64,000 bases of DNA from Laetmonice hystrix (lineage: Eukaryota): contig OZ249439.1 of the NCBI GenBank assembly GCA_965235115.1, positions 21,948,001 to 22,012,000 on the forward strand, in the 5' to 3' direction. The stretch's first letter is position 1. Each line of letters opens with the position of its first letter. Positions 12,267 through 25,300 of the stretch are shown here, piece after piece. The position numbers and the translations under genes were made by a program. A model generated the notes under the pieces. It searched no databases. It saw only the letters and a program-made list of their open reading frames with translations, and was not told the origin of the DNA.

Positions 12267-14455
12267 CACTCAGTTTTAAATCTGAATGATGGTTACAAAA
12301 ATACTTTCAAAAGTTTCCCTCTAAATCGTTGCAAATCTCATCCCATTTGTCCCCCACGAAAATACTGCATGTATTCCAATGACTTTGAAATTGGATTTCC
12401 AAGGCGGGCCTTCTTGGCTGTATACATTTGATGCCAAATGGCCGCATTCAAAAAGGTACAATTGTCATCATGAGAAATATATATGTACACTATCACCTGC
12501 TGAATTTAACTCCTTCTAAACTGTGTGAAGCCCTCAGGAGGGTTGACTTTGAAAATACAGTCTCCAAAACTCAACACCTCCTTCAATCCGATCATAGAAT
12601 CGCATTAAGTCCTAATATACTAGAGTCGTCCGTGAAAATATAAGCCACGCTTCACTGAGTATACATCTGTAGTCAAGAGGCCATAAATGTTTTGTTAAGC
12701 GTAATGCTTCGGGTTCTTGAGACTGAAAATGGTGTTGGTGTTGGTGGCTGGTAAAGCACAAATTTATCGAAATAGAAAACAATGCAGAGGTTTGTGACAG
12801 AAAGACACTGCACATGACAATACAGCAGACACCGCAGCACTACACATGGCAGGCCAGATGCTCGGGGCACCGAACGAGCACTCTCTCTTTAGGCATGCAC
12901 CGATCTGGCTGAAAACAATGACAGAAAAAAAGAAATATCGACATGATGATTAAGAGCGTTGGGTAGGCACCTATACCACCCACACAACTCACTCCCCCGA
13001 CTTATATTAACTTCACCCCCAATAATTATAATAACATTAATCAGGGTAGACCAAACGGGCCTTATTCTACATCTTGCAGTCAAATACCTTTTCCAATAAT
13101 ACATCACACTTGCACTCTAGCCTCAGTATGACTGAGTAAAAGTCCATCAGAAGTCTCTGTGTTGGTTTTTTCTTGTTCTTTTTTTTTTTTTTTTTTTTTT
13201 TTTCCTTTTTTGCAGACAGCCGCCACATTGCAGCTCGCTTACATCAATCAGTTATAACTCTCAAATTGCAAATTTGGGATGAGGGGAGAAATCATTGCAT
13301 CAAGACTTCGTATAGATACCGCCACATTTGGCATCTCAAGTCTTTCTATTTGGGTCACTTTGCTCACGACCATCAACCAAAACATATTCTTCAACCTTTT
13401 TCTCTTATTATATAATATTGCTCCAAGCTCCCTCTGGAACTTGCGGTACTCCTTGATAAGGCCTGCTGAACTCTCATCACACGTTTACAATAATTGAATG
13501 CTCTCCCAGCACTGCCGGCCATGGTCCATCCATGCTTCACAGGGCATGCGGTCATGAGAAACCCTAAAAACTTAATCCTAAACCCGCTGCCAACTGAGGA
13601 ATTAATCCCGGCCACATCAACCAGCACCAGGTAATACTAAACAACTCATAAGACAACTGATTATCTTCGCTTCAACAATGTAAGCCACATACAATTCACA
13701 ACTGATCATAAAAAATGCATTCCTCCTTTCAAGTTGACTTTCTAAATTAAGCAATCATGATCAATCATCTTAACATCATAATTTTTTGTACATTTTCTTC
13801 ACCTCTCTTTCTCTCTCTGTTTTTCTCCACCTCTCACTCACTCACTGCTTGCTTTACAAATGACACAGATGCGCCAAATGGTACCACTGCCATCAGAGCC
13901 CTAATCTGGGGACTTAACTGGTACCTGCCACCACCACAGGCAGTGGCCAACTCACATAACCTCCCCCCCCCCCCCCAATCCCATCATCATCTACCCTCTT
14001 TCCTAAGTCTTGTAAACGCTCCTTTTGCTCAGACGTTGTCCATGAAAAACCAGCCACTCCCAAGTCTGACCATCGCAGAGTTTTCCAAATTGGTCGGTAG
14101 GAGAGCTCTAGCCTATCATGTAATCAATGAGCAAAAAAAAGATGCACCATTCCCACCCCACCTGACCCTACGGAAAGTTCTATCCTCCTTCGGTGGACCA
14201 GGGCGCCATCTGGTGTCGACAATGGAAGACGTTGTAAGCATGTGTTTGGGTCTCCATCTCACTGCGGTTCTGGTGAGGCAAACACCATAATCACTTGCTG
14301 CAGTTGTCCGGCTGTTGGCAGTACCTACAACCATCTGCTCAATGTCTGCATCCAATACTCTTCACCATCATAATCATCAGGAAACTTAACCTTTCGTTTT
14401 GTTTCTTCTTCCATTCTGAGGACGGAGCCTCAGGTTTGGATAGTGTCTGCATGAA

Positions 14456-14540
14456 ATAATAATAATGAAGATAATATGATAATAAAATAATGATCAGGTA
14501 ATAGTAATAATAATATAATGATAATAATAATATTAATATA
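14456..14540. repeat. Degenerate (TAA)n microsatellite
   Basis: Imperfect ATA/TAA run in the AFF 3'UTR. Confidence 0.7.
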
Positions 14541-14962
14541 AATAGTCACCACAGGTGCTGAGCTGCAAGTCAGGTTTGTAAGTAGGTTACGAGAGCAACC
14601 ATGGCAGAAACTCTGGAGACAGCACAAACAAAATGTCCATTGTGGTCTCCCAAGTCGTTGCGTCACCCTTTTTCCACCTGTTTTTTTTTTTGTTCTCAGT
14701 TTTCTCATTTTTTCCTTGTTTGAAAGCAAAAAGGTTGCTCACAATTACGCTCAACTGTCGATGACCTATTGAGTTGTCACACATAGGCAAAGTTCAGAAA
14801 AGTCGCCAGCTGCATCAGCTTTTCAATACTGTTGGACGCTGCTGACCAAACTCAAAGTTTGAGAGGCAGAACTCAGTGTCGAGGACCATGGCAGGTATGG
14901 AGGAGGGGGTGGTTGGTTCACTGTGTTGTGATCGGAGAACTGGCTCACCAGCAAGCTCAGGG

Positions 14963-17900
14963 TCATGTGTCCTTGAGTCGGTGAAGGCCTGTACGCACGT
15001 ACCGGACGAGGTCGAGAATTGAACTGTGTAACGTTAGACTTCCCGCCTCGTAGTCAAGCTCCTGGAAGAACTCTGTAAGGATGAACAAACGCACCATTAG
15101 TCGACACATTCACCCTTCCAACATCATCTCTAATCAAACTTCTTGTGATCTACACCACTTTTCATGGAATTGACAACCTGATACCGAGAGACAGAATTTG
15201 GCTGAAAATGGGCATTGTTACGGAGAGGGAGAGTGGCAGTATTACATACGGGTAAATTCGCTGGCCTGGCCGTCTGCTTGCTCCCAGAGTTCGTGACACT
15301 GGACCAGCGAGTTAACATGAGAGATGTAGTTCTGCGTGATCTGGTGGATTCTCTGGGGAAGTGACACGGTCGATGGTGACGACATGGACGTGCCCGCTGC
15401 TAAACTCCCGTTGGTCAGCCGGAGGTCGCCGTTACCCGAACCCTGTGGGGACAACTGTCATGTAGAACCATCAATCTGGGAAGTAGCGGAGAGCTAGGCC
15501 ACTGGCACAATATCTAAGGCCTTTATCTAACCCTTCCTCATTACTGCCATTATTACATCAACTGAATGCAGGATCATCACAAAGAATGACATATTAATCT
15601 CTGATTTGGAGAGCATAACGGTTTTGTCAATTTTGAGATTTCTGCAACATTTTAAGAAGTGTGGAATGCAGAACACATCCCTGTAATGCGGAAAGATTCA
15701 GAAGAATGTGGAAGGGTTGGACATTATGCTTGTATGAGTACAGAATCTTTGAACCGTGGACACAAAGACAGACAGTTAACCACTCCTTTATAATATTCCT
15801 CTCTTGCAATTATCACATACTGGGATCAACTTTTTCCTTTTATTTTTTTGCTTACGAATCTTTTCATTTACCTGATCCAATTTCTGACATATATCTAGCA
15901 ATAGACAAAAATCTATTTTGGAGAAATATATTTGAGAGACTGCGGGTATTCAAATCATCCAAGACCCATTTATGAACACCTGGCTCAGTCAGACCAATTT
16001 CTAGATGAAAAGTCAAAACATGACAAAGAATTGGGTAAACTGGGAGCCACTCTTAAACAAAACACTCATTCTATCCAGGCCTGATGACTGTCATTACCAT
16101 AAAACATGTCGTTCATATAGTACTCACCACAGATCCCACAGAGCCGACTGAGCCAGCTGGGGATGGGGTAGGGGACATTGGCGACGGGGTGCCCGTGCTG
16201 CGATTCCAGTTGGTTTGGTAAGGTGATGGGGCCTGTGCCTTTTGCTGGGTAGCAGACTGGGGTGAAAAATTCAAGTCCATCCAGTTACACTTATCAAAAG
16301 TACAAACTCTAAATTTCGAGTATAAAAAAATTAACAAGATTTCTGAGCCTTTGTTCGAACATATGAAAATTCTAAATATCTTTACAAAATAATAGCTGAC
16401 AGACTAGTTTGCCATTTAAGTCAGTGGTTCTATCTTTGGCATGTGAAGTCCTTTTTACAAAGCATTTGAATGCCAACCAATAGCAAAAAGAATATGCCGT
16501 GTAATCTGAGAAAGGGACGCATTAAATATCAACGGTCTTGAAACCAACCTTGTTGTGATCATCTATAACACGCTTAAACTTTGCTGTCTCGGTCTTTTTC
16601 AGCTTAAACAGCTTTAGGCAGAGCAGAGACTGGATCCGAAGGCTGAAAAGGAAAGCATATGTCGTGACCAATTTGTTTGGACTGAGAAGTAGGAAAATGT
16701 GTGGGTTTTTTTAAATTAGCACTAGACCCAATCCCCAACAAGTCGCTTTCATATTTCAGTGCTTGGCCCCCCAAAAACAAAAAACAAAAATAAAAAAACA
16801 AGACGTTATAAAAATCAGTTGCTTAAATTCTTATCAAAATTACAAAATGGAGTATCAGCTGAACAAAATTTTGGTTACTCACAAAACTCTAAGAAACCAC
16901 ACACAAATAGTCAAACCTTACAGGATGTTCGGCAGCAGGTTGTGATGCTTGCACAAAGAAGTGTAAAATGCAGGCAGTCTAGTGGGCACTTGCGGGTCAC
17001 TAAGCCCGGGGCTTCTATTGCCCCTCAGATAACTGTCCTTTATGGCCACCTGACATCACATCTTCTAGCATTACGATGACATAGTGACGTCACGAGTTCC
17101 CCAGCATTACGATGACATAGTGACGTCACGAGTTCCCTAGCATTACGATGACATAGTGACGTCACGAGTTCCCTAGCATTACGATGACATACTGACGTCA
17201 CGAGTTCCCTAACATTACGATGACATAGTGACGTCACGAGTTCCCTAACATTACGATGACATAGTGACGTCACAAGTTCCCTAGCATTACGATGACATAG
17301 TGACGTCACGAGTTCCCTAGCATTACGATGACATAGTGACGTCACGAGTTCCTTAGCATTACGATGACATAGTGACGTCACGAGTTCCCTAGCATTACGA
17401 TGACATAGTGACGTCATGAGTTCCTTAACATTACGATGACATAGTGACGTCACGAGTTCCCTAGCATTACGATGACATAGTGACGTCACGAGTTCCTTAG
17501 CATTACGATGACATAGTGACGTCACGAGTTCCCTAGCATTACGATGACATAGTGACGTCACGAGTTCCTTAACATTACGATGACATAGTGACGTCACGAG
17601 TTCCCTAGCATTACGATGACATAGTGACGTCGCGAGTATCCTAACGCTACCGTCCTTACAAGACACACTGACCATCATCATACCGAGCTTGGCTCTGGCT
17701 TCTAAATCTCGACTTCTTTAAGAGCTACAAAAGGGACCTCAAAGATTGGAGCGTTTAGACCAGCGGTTCATAACCGGGGGACATTTCCCCCTGGAGAGAA
17801 ATTTTTGGCGGTCAGAACATCTAACAATCTTTGCTTTTTCTGAAGACAGGTATAAAAATTTATTATGGCACTGCCAAGTCTTCTTACTGTAAGCGTTGCT

Positions 17901-19334
17901 TCTGAACACTATGGCTTAAAATTAAGCCAGCTCTACTAACTACCGGTACACTACAGCTCGATTCCAGTGAGGGGGGCCCTCAACAAGAGACTGCCAGTAG
18001 TAATACGCACCTTAATACTGACAATTTCTTTTCTTTATCATGGACTTCTCCATCATGACTTCCACGGAATTTATAAATATGTCTGGAAAAGAAATGACTG
18101 AAAAGGTAAACAAAGGGAGGTTGCTATCAATACAGGTTCTACAACAAGACAACACAGAAGGCAAGGCAGGACAAGACAACATGCATTCCATCAAACTCTA
18201 TACAACACATTCATTTTCTTCTTCTCACAGTTCACACAACTTTTACATTTTTGAAAACGAGATATGTTGGCATTAAATTTAGAAGATGTAATTAAATGAG
18301 CAGTGATTGTCAAAATAAATAATTCATTTTTATTTATTGTCTTAGACGACTTTTATTCAATATTACACAGTTATCTGAACTTGGAAATAAGAAACTTGAA
18401 AAATTACTGTCTGCTCATCCAAATTATTCCTTTTATTGATTTTTTTAAAAACAAAACCACAGACCTTCTGATTTTCCATCATAATAAAATGGGTTATAGC
18501 AATGAAGCTCACATAAAACACTACCAGTTGATATCAACAGACCTTCTAAAATTGATTTCCATGCTAATGCCACTATGAATATAGCCTTCTTTTTACACAC
18601 CCCTGCTACACAATACTTAATAAATGTACGACACCTCTACAATTCAGACACCAAGGCTTGCTACATGACTATTTTATGATGGTACAACCTCTTTGTGACA
18701 ATAACTGTAAGAGCAGAAAACTAAGAAACCAAATCTCAGGGTAAACTAAAACTAAATCAAGGGAATTTAAAAGGAATGCTGAACTTTGTATCTTCTAAGA
18801 AACCTTAAAATACAGCTACGTCCAAATCGCAAACATACATAAACACACTGTTGTCGTAAAGAGGTTGACCCAAAACGATATGCATATATTGGACTGACCT
18901 AATGAGTGTGTAGGTATCCTTGTACATGGTGAAGATTTTGTTGGGTTCTGAGATACGTTCGTGCTCCATAGCATTACCACACTGAATGAAGGACAGCACA
19001 GCTTCTACATACATGAGCGACTTGGCCAGTCTGTCCATCTGAAATACAAGTTTTATTCCACAATACAGTCTCAATGCAGCGAATTCATCTGGTCATTGAC
19101 CTCCATGGCGACGTCGGATGATGGCGCCACCTGGTAGCAAGCCACATCATTATTTTACGATTACTCAAACCGCCAGGTGCCAGCACCGTCAAAACACGAA
19201 TGCCATTCAACAATTCCAAACCTTGCAATTTACAAAATTTCAAGCTGACCCAGGTGTTGTGAACCCTTACCAGAGTGTCTGCCTGGTGCTTGAGTCTGCA
19301 GGCCTCGTTCAGATAGTGATCGGCACTTTCTATC
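14963..19334 (-). CDS. AFF4: AFF C-terminal homology domain (CHD) exons
   Basis: Seven exons give [42 protein letters not shown]...KLSVLSLRIQSLLCLKLFKLKK...STGTPSPMSPTPSPAGSVGS...VSLPQRIHQI...LTLHSSILDLVRYVRTGLHRL*, matching the AFF CHD consensus. Confidence 0.95.
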
Positions 19335-22300
19335 CTGTAACACGTACACATTGACATCAGTCACAATAAAGCCAACACTTACCAACGTCACAACTTGACA
19401 CATTTCATACAGGGATCTAATCATGCCATCATGAAGCTTGCAAGCTGCCTGGTACATCAATGATTACCGTGTATTTCAGACAGTGATCCTGGTTCAACCT
19501 GATCTACAAACCATCACTCGGTCCCAGAGTTAGGGGCTCTATTTGACAATATTACTGAACATTACATTCCTGCCATCACAAATATGACAGACATAGGCTT
19601 ACCAGTGACACTTCAAGGAACTTAACAACAACTTTCTAATCGTCATCGGCTAAACTGCTTCCTCATGGCGTATCCCCCGCCCCCTTTCCAAAAACACTTT
19701 TCTCATTTTCAAGGCTGCTCGATATCTAGACAGTTATTGCACTCTTTTTTAATACTAAGCACAGAATTACAGCAGTACACTCTCATAGTCATTAATACTG
19801 CCCCCCCCCCCCCCTCCCCCTCACGGACAAACCTCCAAATTTGGGACATACTTTTCGGTGTGTTCCTGCCGCCGCCACTCGTGCCTGCGGTCCGGTGGGT
19901 TGTCGCTAGACGGGCGGTCCAGGTTTGTGTCCAGACCGGCGGCCAGACTACTCCAGTGGTTGGCTGCCGGGTGACTTCCGTTAAATGTCGGACCGTCCAG
20001 GGTGTGGCTTTCTTCAACACTGTTAGGAGCATCCCAATCCATACGCATATCCTGCAGAGCAAAACGCTCCTGTCAAAATCCAGGCTCTTCTTACTTTTTA
20101 TTTCCCCTTATATCAACCACCTCACTGTCATGCTAAATGTATTTATATTTGGCAATTTTTTTTTCTGATCCCTTTAGACGGGTGTAGAATTACTGGCATG
20201 CCATCAAGGTATTCCCTTTGGGGTTCTGGCATTCGTCCATGCTGACGTCATCTAATGCTTCTTTACCAATGTAATCTAGTGCCTCATACCGAGTGATTCT
20301 AGTCTCCGCCAGCCTGAATGATAACTACACATTACTACATACAGTGTGTGATTTCTCAGACTGTTACCTCAATTATTACACTGTTACAACAGTTACACTG
20401 TTATCTCATCAATTAAACATGATGTAAGGTTTAGCCGAACATCCTACTAAATATGTACACACACAATTCTTCAATCTGAGCCTGTATGGCAATTTTCTGA
20501 TCTTTTCGTGCAAGGCTTTCCAGACATGACTACAATACAAGCAAACTCAAGTCGCCATGTATTTGAAGATCTTACCCTGAGTACAACCTTATCCCTTGAT
20601 CTCTCCCTGTCCCTGTCCCGTTTTCGCTCCTTTTCCCTGTCCCTATGTTCACGATCGCGATCATACTTGGCACGTTTACTATCACGGTTGCGGTCATGGT
20701 TTCTGTCACGGTCCCGGTCGTGGTCCCGATCGCGATCACTGTGGTGACTGGAAGAACTACTACAGCTGCCCCCACGCCGCTCTCGGTCCTCAGACATGTC
20801 GGACCTCTGGGGGTACTTCCGGTCCCATTCATGGTCGTCCTCGTGACTCGTACGCCTGCAACAACGCACCCACACAGACATTTATTATGGAGGGCAATGA
20901 GTACACAAAGTTTAAAATACACTGTCCCGTTGAAAATTATAGGGCTGACAATAGATGCAGGAGGCATTATACACACTGTCAGGGTGGAATTATTTCGTTG
21001 ACAATCAACCAGAAAACAAGCGGTCCATTTTACTTCACAGTTGTGTAACCTTGGCTTGGTTTCGCTGTGAAGATTTTAGTTGGCGACACGGTGTAAAACC
21101 ACACTCTTTCAAAAATTACATGGTTGATAATCAGTCCTAGACAGGTGGCTTAAAACACATTGTTACGGTATACGGTTAATAATCAGTCCTATACAGGTTG
21201 CTTAAAACACATTGTCACGGTATACGGCTGGGAATCAGTCCTAAACATGAGCTATTAAAAAAATCTCAATATGAACTTGTCCTCTACAGACGAAGACCAG
21301 CGTAAAATGGTCCCGAATCACTCTCATTAGTATCCTCACGAGAACAGTGAATTGTTTGAGACAGAGGGCCTCAGTAACCAACAGGGCATAGAAACCACCA
21401 CTCCTCACTCCCTTACAACAGAATGTATACATCTCCCGACCTATCTTCTTTTTATGAAGAAAGATATCACACTCCATGTTAAAAGATGTTGAGAATCAGC
21501 AGGTGAATGTTCCTGTGAGCAGTGTGTGACAATTGCTACCACATAAACTGTGGTGGACTCATCTGCTCCCAGAGCAGATGGAAACAGAAGTTTGGACGTC
21601 TGATGATTCGCCCGTGCGCAGGTAATAGACCCCATACATAAAATATTAATTTTTCTAAAGGTGACTTCTTCATTTCTTTTTTAGCGTTTTTGAGTTTTCT
21701 GAATAGTCGAGTTTGGGCTTTCCCCTCACCCCCCCCCCCCCCCCCAGCTTTGCTCTGTATTACTTCCCCATTGCAGATGACTATTTTTAAATCTATTCGA
21801 GCTGATACTATGTAAAATTCTGAAAAATGCTTCACTCCTTGGCAAGGGAAAGCCCAGTATAGCCATGGCAGGTAGGTTGTTGCCGCCCCCCCCCCCCCCC
21901 CCCCCGACAACTGGCCCATTTGTCACCAGGGTCCCCCCACTTGCCGACAGTCACAGGCTCCGCCATGCTACCAGAATCCCTATATATCTTTTTCCACCTC
22001 AAGTTTAGACCTTGACAAGTCTGAGATAGCCACAACTCGTAATTTCACTGCCAAACCTTTATACATGTTTTGTAATCTCAAACACGGATTGGGAGGTTAC
22101 TGTGGCATACAGACCCAAGTTGAAGGAAAAAGGTAGTACCTGTCTAATATTGCTTCAGGTCACAACTGGAGGGTGACTGTGTTGTACAGGCACAGGTCAC
22201 GAAGATACACAAAAACAGGTCACAACTGAAGGTTAGCTGAGAGGTATATAGGCACAGGTCAGAGGCCGCCTGTGGTATAAAAACCAAGTCAGGTAGGCCT

Positions 22301-25300
22301 TGACATCCGATACCTCTAATGGCCACGTGAACATATATCTAAAATACCACAAACTATACAAACTTTCAACCAAGAACCACTTCATGTATATAACCAGAAA
22401 CCCCGGCAAGGCATCTGTATGATGAAACAGAAAAGAAACGTGAAAAAAACTATTCTTCAGTGGTTATCATGCCACGGCCTCAAATTTAAGCTGGTGTTTT
22501 CCCCCTTTCTTCTTCATTTCCATCACAATCACAACGTTACAGTTGCGAACAGGAACATTAATAAAAATGCATTTTTTCATCAGCGACCTTGTCAGCTGGC
22601 GCCTTGAAACTCCGGGAGGTAAACTGGCATTTCACTCTGATTTACGGATGGCACAGTTCGGCCCCAGCCAGACCACCTGTGGTATTCTGCCAGGTTCTTG
22701 CTCAACTTTCAACTGCTGCAGTTTCAGTGAAAAGTTACTTGGGCCAACAGTGCCCATAACCTACACCGTCCAACAGTACTAGCTGCCTGGGTGTGTTAAC
22801 CAGCCCAACAGTACTAGTTGCCTGGGTGGGTTAACCAGCCAGCAGTACCATTTACCTGTTCAGGTTAACCAGCCCAAAATACCTGTTCATGTTAAACACT
22901 ACCAGCCAACAGTACCAGTTAACTTTGTAGGTTCTTGCCCTTGAAGATCATGCAAATGGCCACAAGACTTCCATCCTAATGCCTGCCACAAACTACACGA
23001 TTCTGACTGGTTTCAAGTCGTGATCTCCCACAGACTATACGCTCAGGTTCCTAGCAATCACATAGCCATAGGGCACACACACCACGCAATGAGAATCGCT
23101 GTTGTAACCTGGCCCCAATATCACAAGATTCTCTACGAAACAACAAGAAATTTTGTCCCATCATACAGTGTGAGGCTGTTTATGATAGCACAATTTTCAG
23201 GCAAGCGGATTGCGACGTGCAGAATCGTATCATTTTGAACATGTTCAAAATTTTACGGTTGCATGACATCCTATCATAAAGAATCGTGGACAATCGCATC
23301 TTAGATCTTATCGTACCATGTGAGGCAGCCTTAAGGCTGGCATACACAGAACGACAAGCACGGACTAAAGACTCCAATGAACTAGTTGTCTTGAGTCCGG
23401 AGGAGTCTTTAGTCCTAAAGACTCGTCCGGACTGGGGCGCATACACACAACGACAGGACCGGACAAGTCTGTTCTGTCGTGGCCGTCTAGCCATGCGATC
23501 CTGGTGGCAGCTGGTGGAACCTCTGCACCACCGTACCGGAAGTAAGTGGCGAGGCCTTCTGATTGGTTGTCTCCGTTGCGGACTCTCACGGACTTAAAAC
23601 AGGGACACATACACACAGAGACTGCCACGGACACGACAGGTTGTCCGCGACAGTCCGCTCAAGTTTTCTGACACCGTCAGGAAACTCATGACAACTGCGG
23701 ACAGCTCCGGACAACAAGAGACTGGTGTCTCAAGGGTGCATACACAGAACCACAGTGACGGACAAGACTCGCACAGACTTGTCTTTAGGAGCTAAAGACT
23801 AGTCCATTGCTGTCTTTACCATCCCCTAACGATCACAGACAGATCACAACAGCATGCACACCAACCAAGTCGCGTCGTAAGACCTGATTTTCGGTCTTCA
23901 GTTTGACTGATGTAGGACCAGTCCCAAAAAGTGTCGCACTAAACCAGTCCTACGGCAGTCCTACATTTCACTCCTTTGGCACACTTTGGCGCAAACTTTG
24001 CACCATGACCATGGAAACTGGGACCTGATGTTAATTCAAAATCGCATGGGCGACTGGAGAAGATTTACTCCTGCTTAGTTTGGGGTGAACTCCCCCATCA
24101 TTTGAAAAAGGCTTCCTTGATAAAACAATTTTACAGTAATTTTTGTTTAGTCTTTATACAACTTAACTAATTCTCCATCGTAGATAACAAGAAAGTACTT
24201 ACTCTCTTTCTGATACATCATCTGAGCTGCGTTTTGGAGTACCCCTATTTGGCGTATTCCTACTTGGCGTGCTGCGTGATGGCGTATTCCTATTCAAGGA
24301 GCTTCTCTGTTCTGTCCGTGGCCTCTTGTGGCTATCTTTATTATAGTCCGACTCCGGTTTGCGTTTCGGAATCTTGGTTTGTGGAGGCTTTCGGTCTTCA
24401 GTTTTAATTATATTTGCAAGAATATTGTCGGCTGATATGGCGTTCATTGCCAGCGAGCTGATCGCTCCTACATCTTTGGGCAACAAGAGGGCCGCCTGGT
24501 GACCATGTTGTAAGTGACTACCTGAAACACTGGGTTCCATTTTAATGTCTGTGACCACTTTGTCTATGTGGCACTGTTGGGGTTCAACAACAGCCACTGG
24601 TTTTTTGGGTGCGCCGTCAACGTCACGAGGCGGCGGAGGGGGTAGCAAACTGCACAATGGTAGCGGCACGGTTGTGGCAGCAGCAGTGGATGAGGCCGTC
24701 AATGCCGGGGGCAGCTGACTGAGTAATGAGAGATCTAAATGCACCATGACACTGGCTTTACCGTCGACGTAAGTTAGTCCTGGTACTCTCGTTGTTGAAG
24801 TTTCAGCAGCAGCGGGCGCAGACAGTTCCACAAGTGGCAAAGACTTGGACGCCACTATGGATGTTGCTGTACTAGTTGTGCACGGACCCATGGAAACTGA
24901 TGAAACTGATGGCTGAGTTCTGGCAGGGGATGCAGCAGGGGATGAAGCTCGTGATGAGGCACGGGACGAGCCAGACGAGTCGGACGATTCTGACTCTGAT
25001 CCAGCGGACTCGGAATCCGACTCTGATGAGGAGGATGCCGGGGAGGAGGGCTCCACGGCTGTGACTGGCTGTGATGATGATGACGATAGCAATGATGATG
25101 ACTGAAGAGGCACATTCGTTGCCTCAGAGGCGACTTCTGATGACGGCAGACGTGACAATGGCGGTGAAGCTGTCCTCATCATCATCATCCCTTTCCTTAC
25201 CTCGACGACGTCAGGTGTCGGAATGGGAGAAAGGAGAGGACCAGGAGCCGTGAGTTCGGTGGACGGCCCAATCACTGCATTGAACACATCCTCCAGGTCA

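Noticed and set aside
8689-12489. Pumilio elements TGTANATA in the putative AFF 3'UTR (8689, 9663, 12482)
   Set aside because: Three hits in ~8 kb of AT-rich sequence is close to chance expectation.
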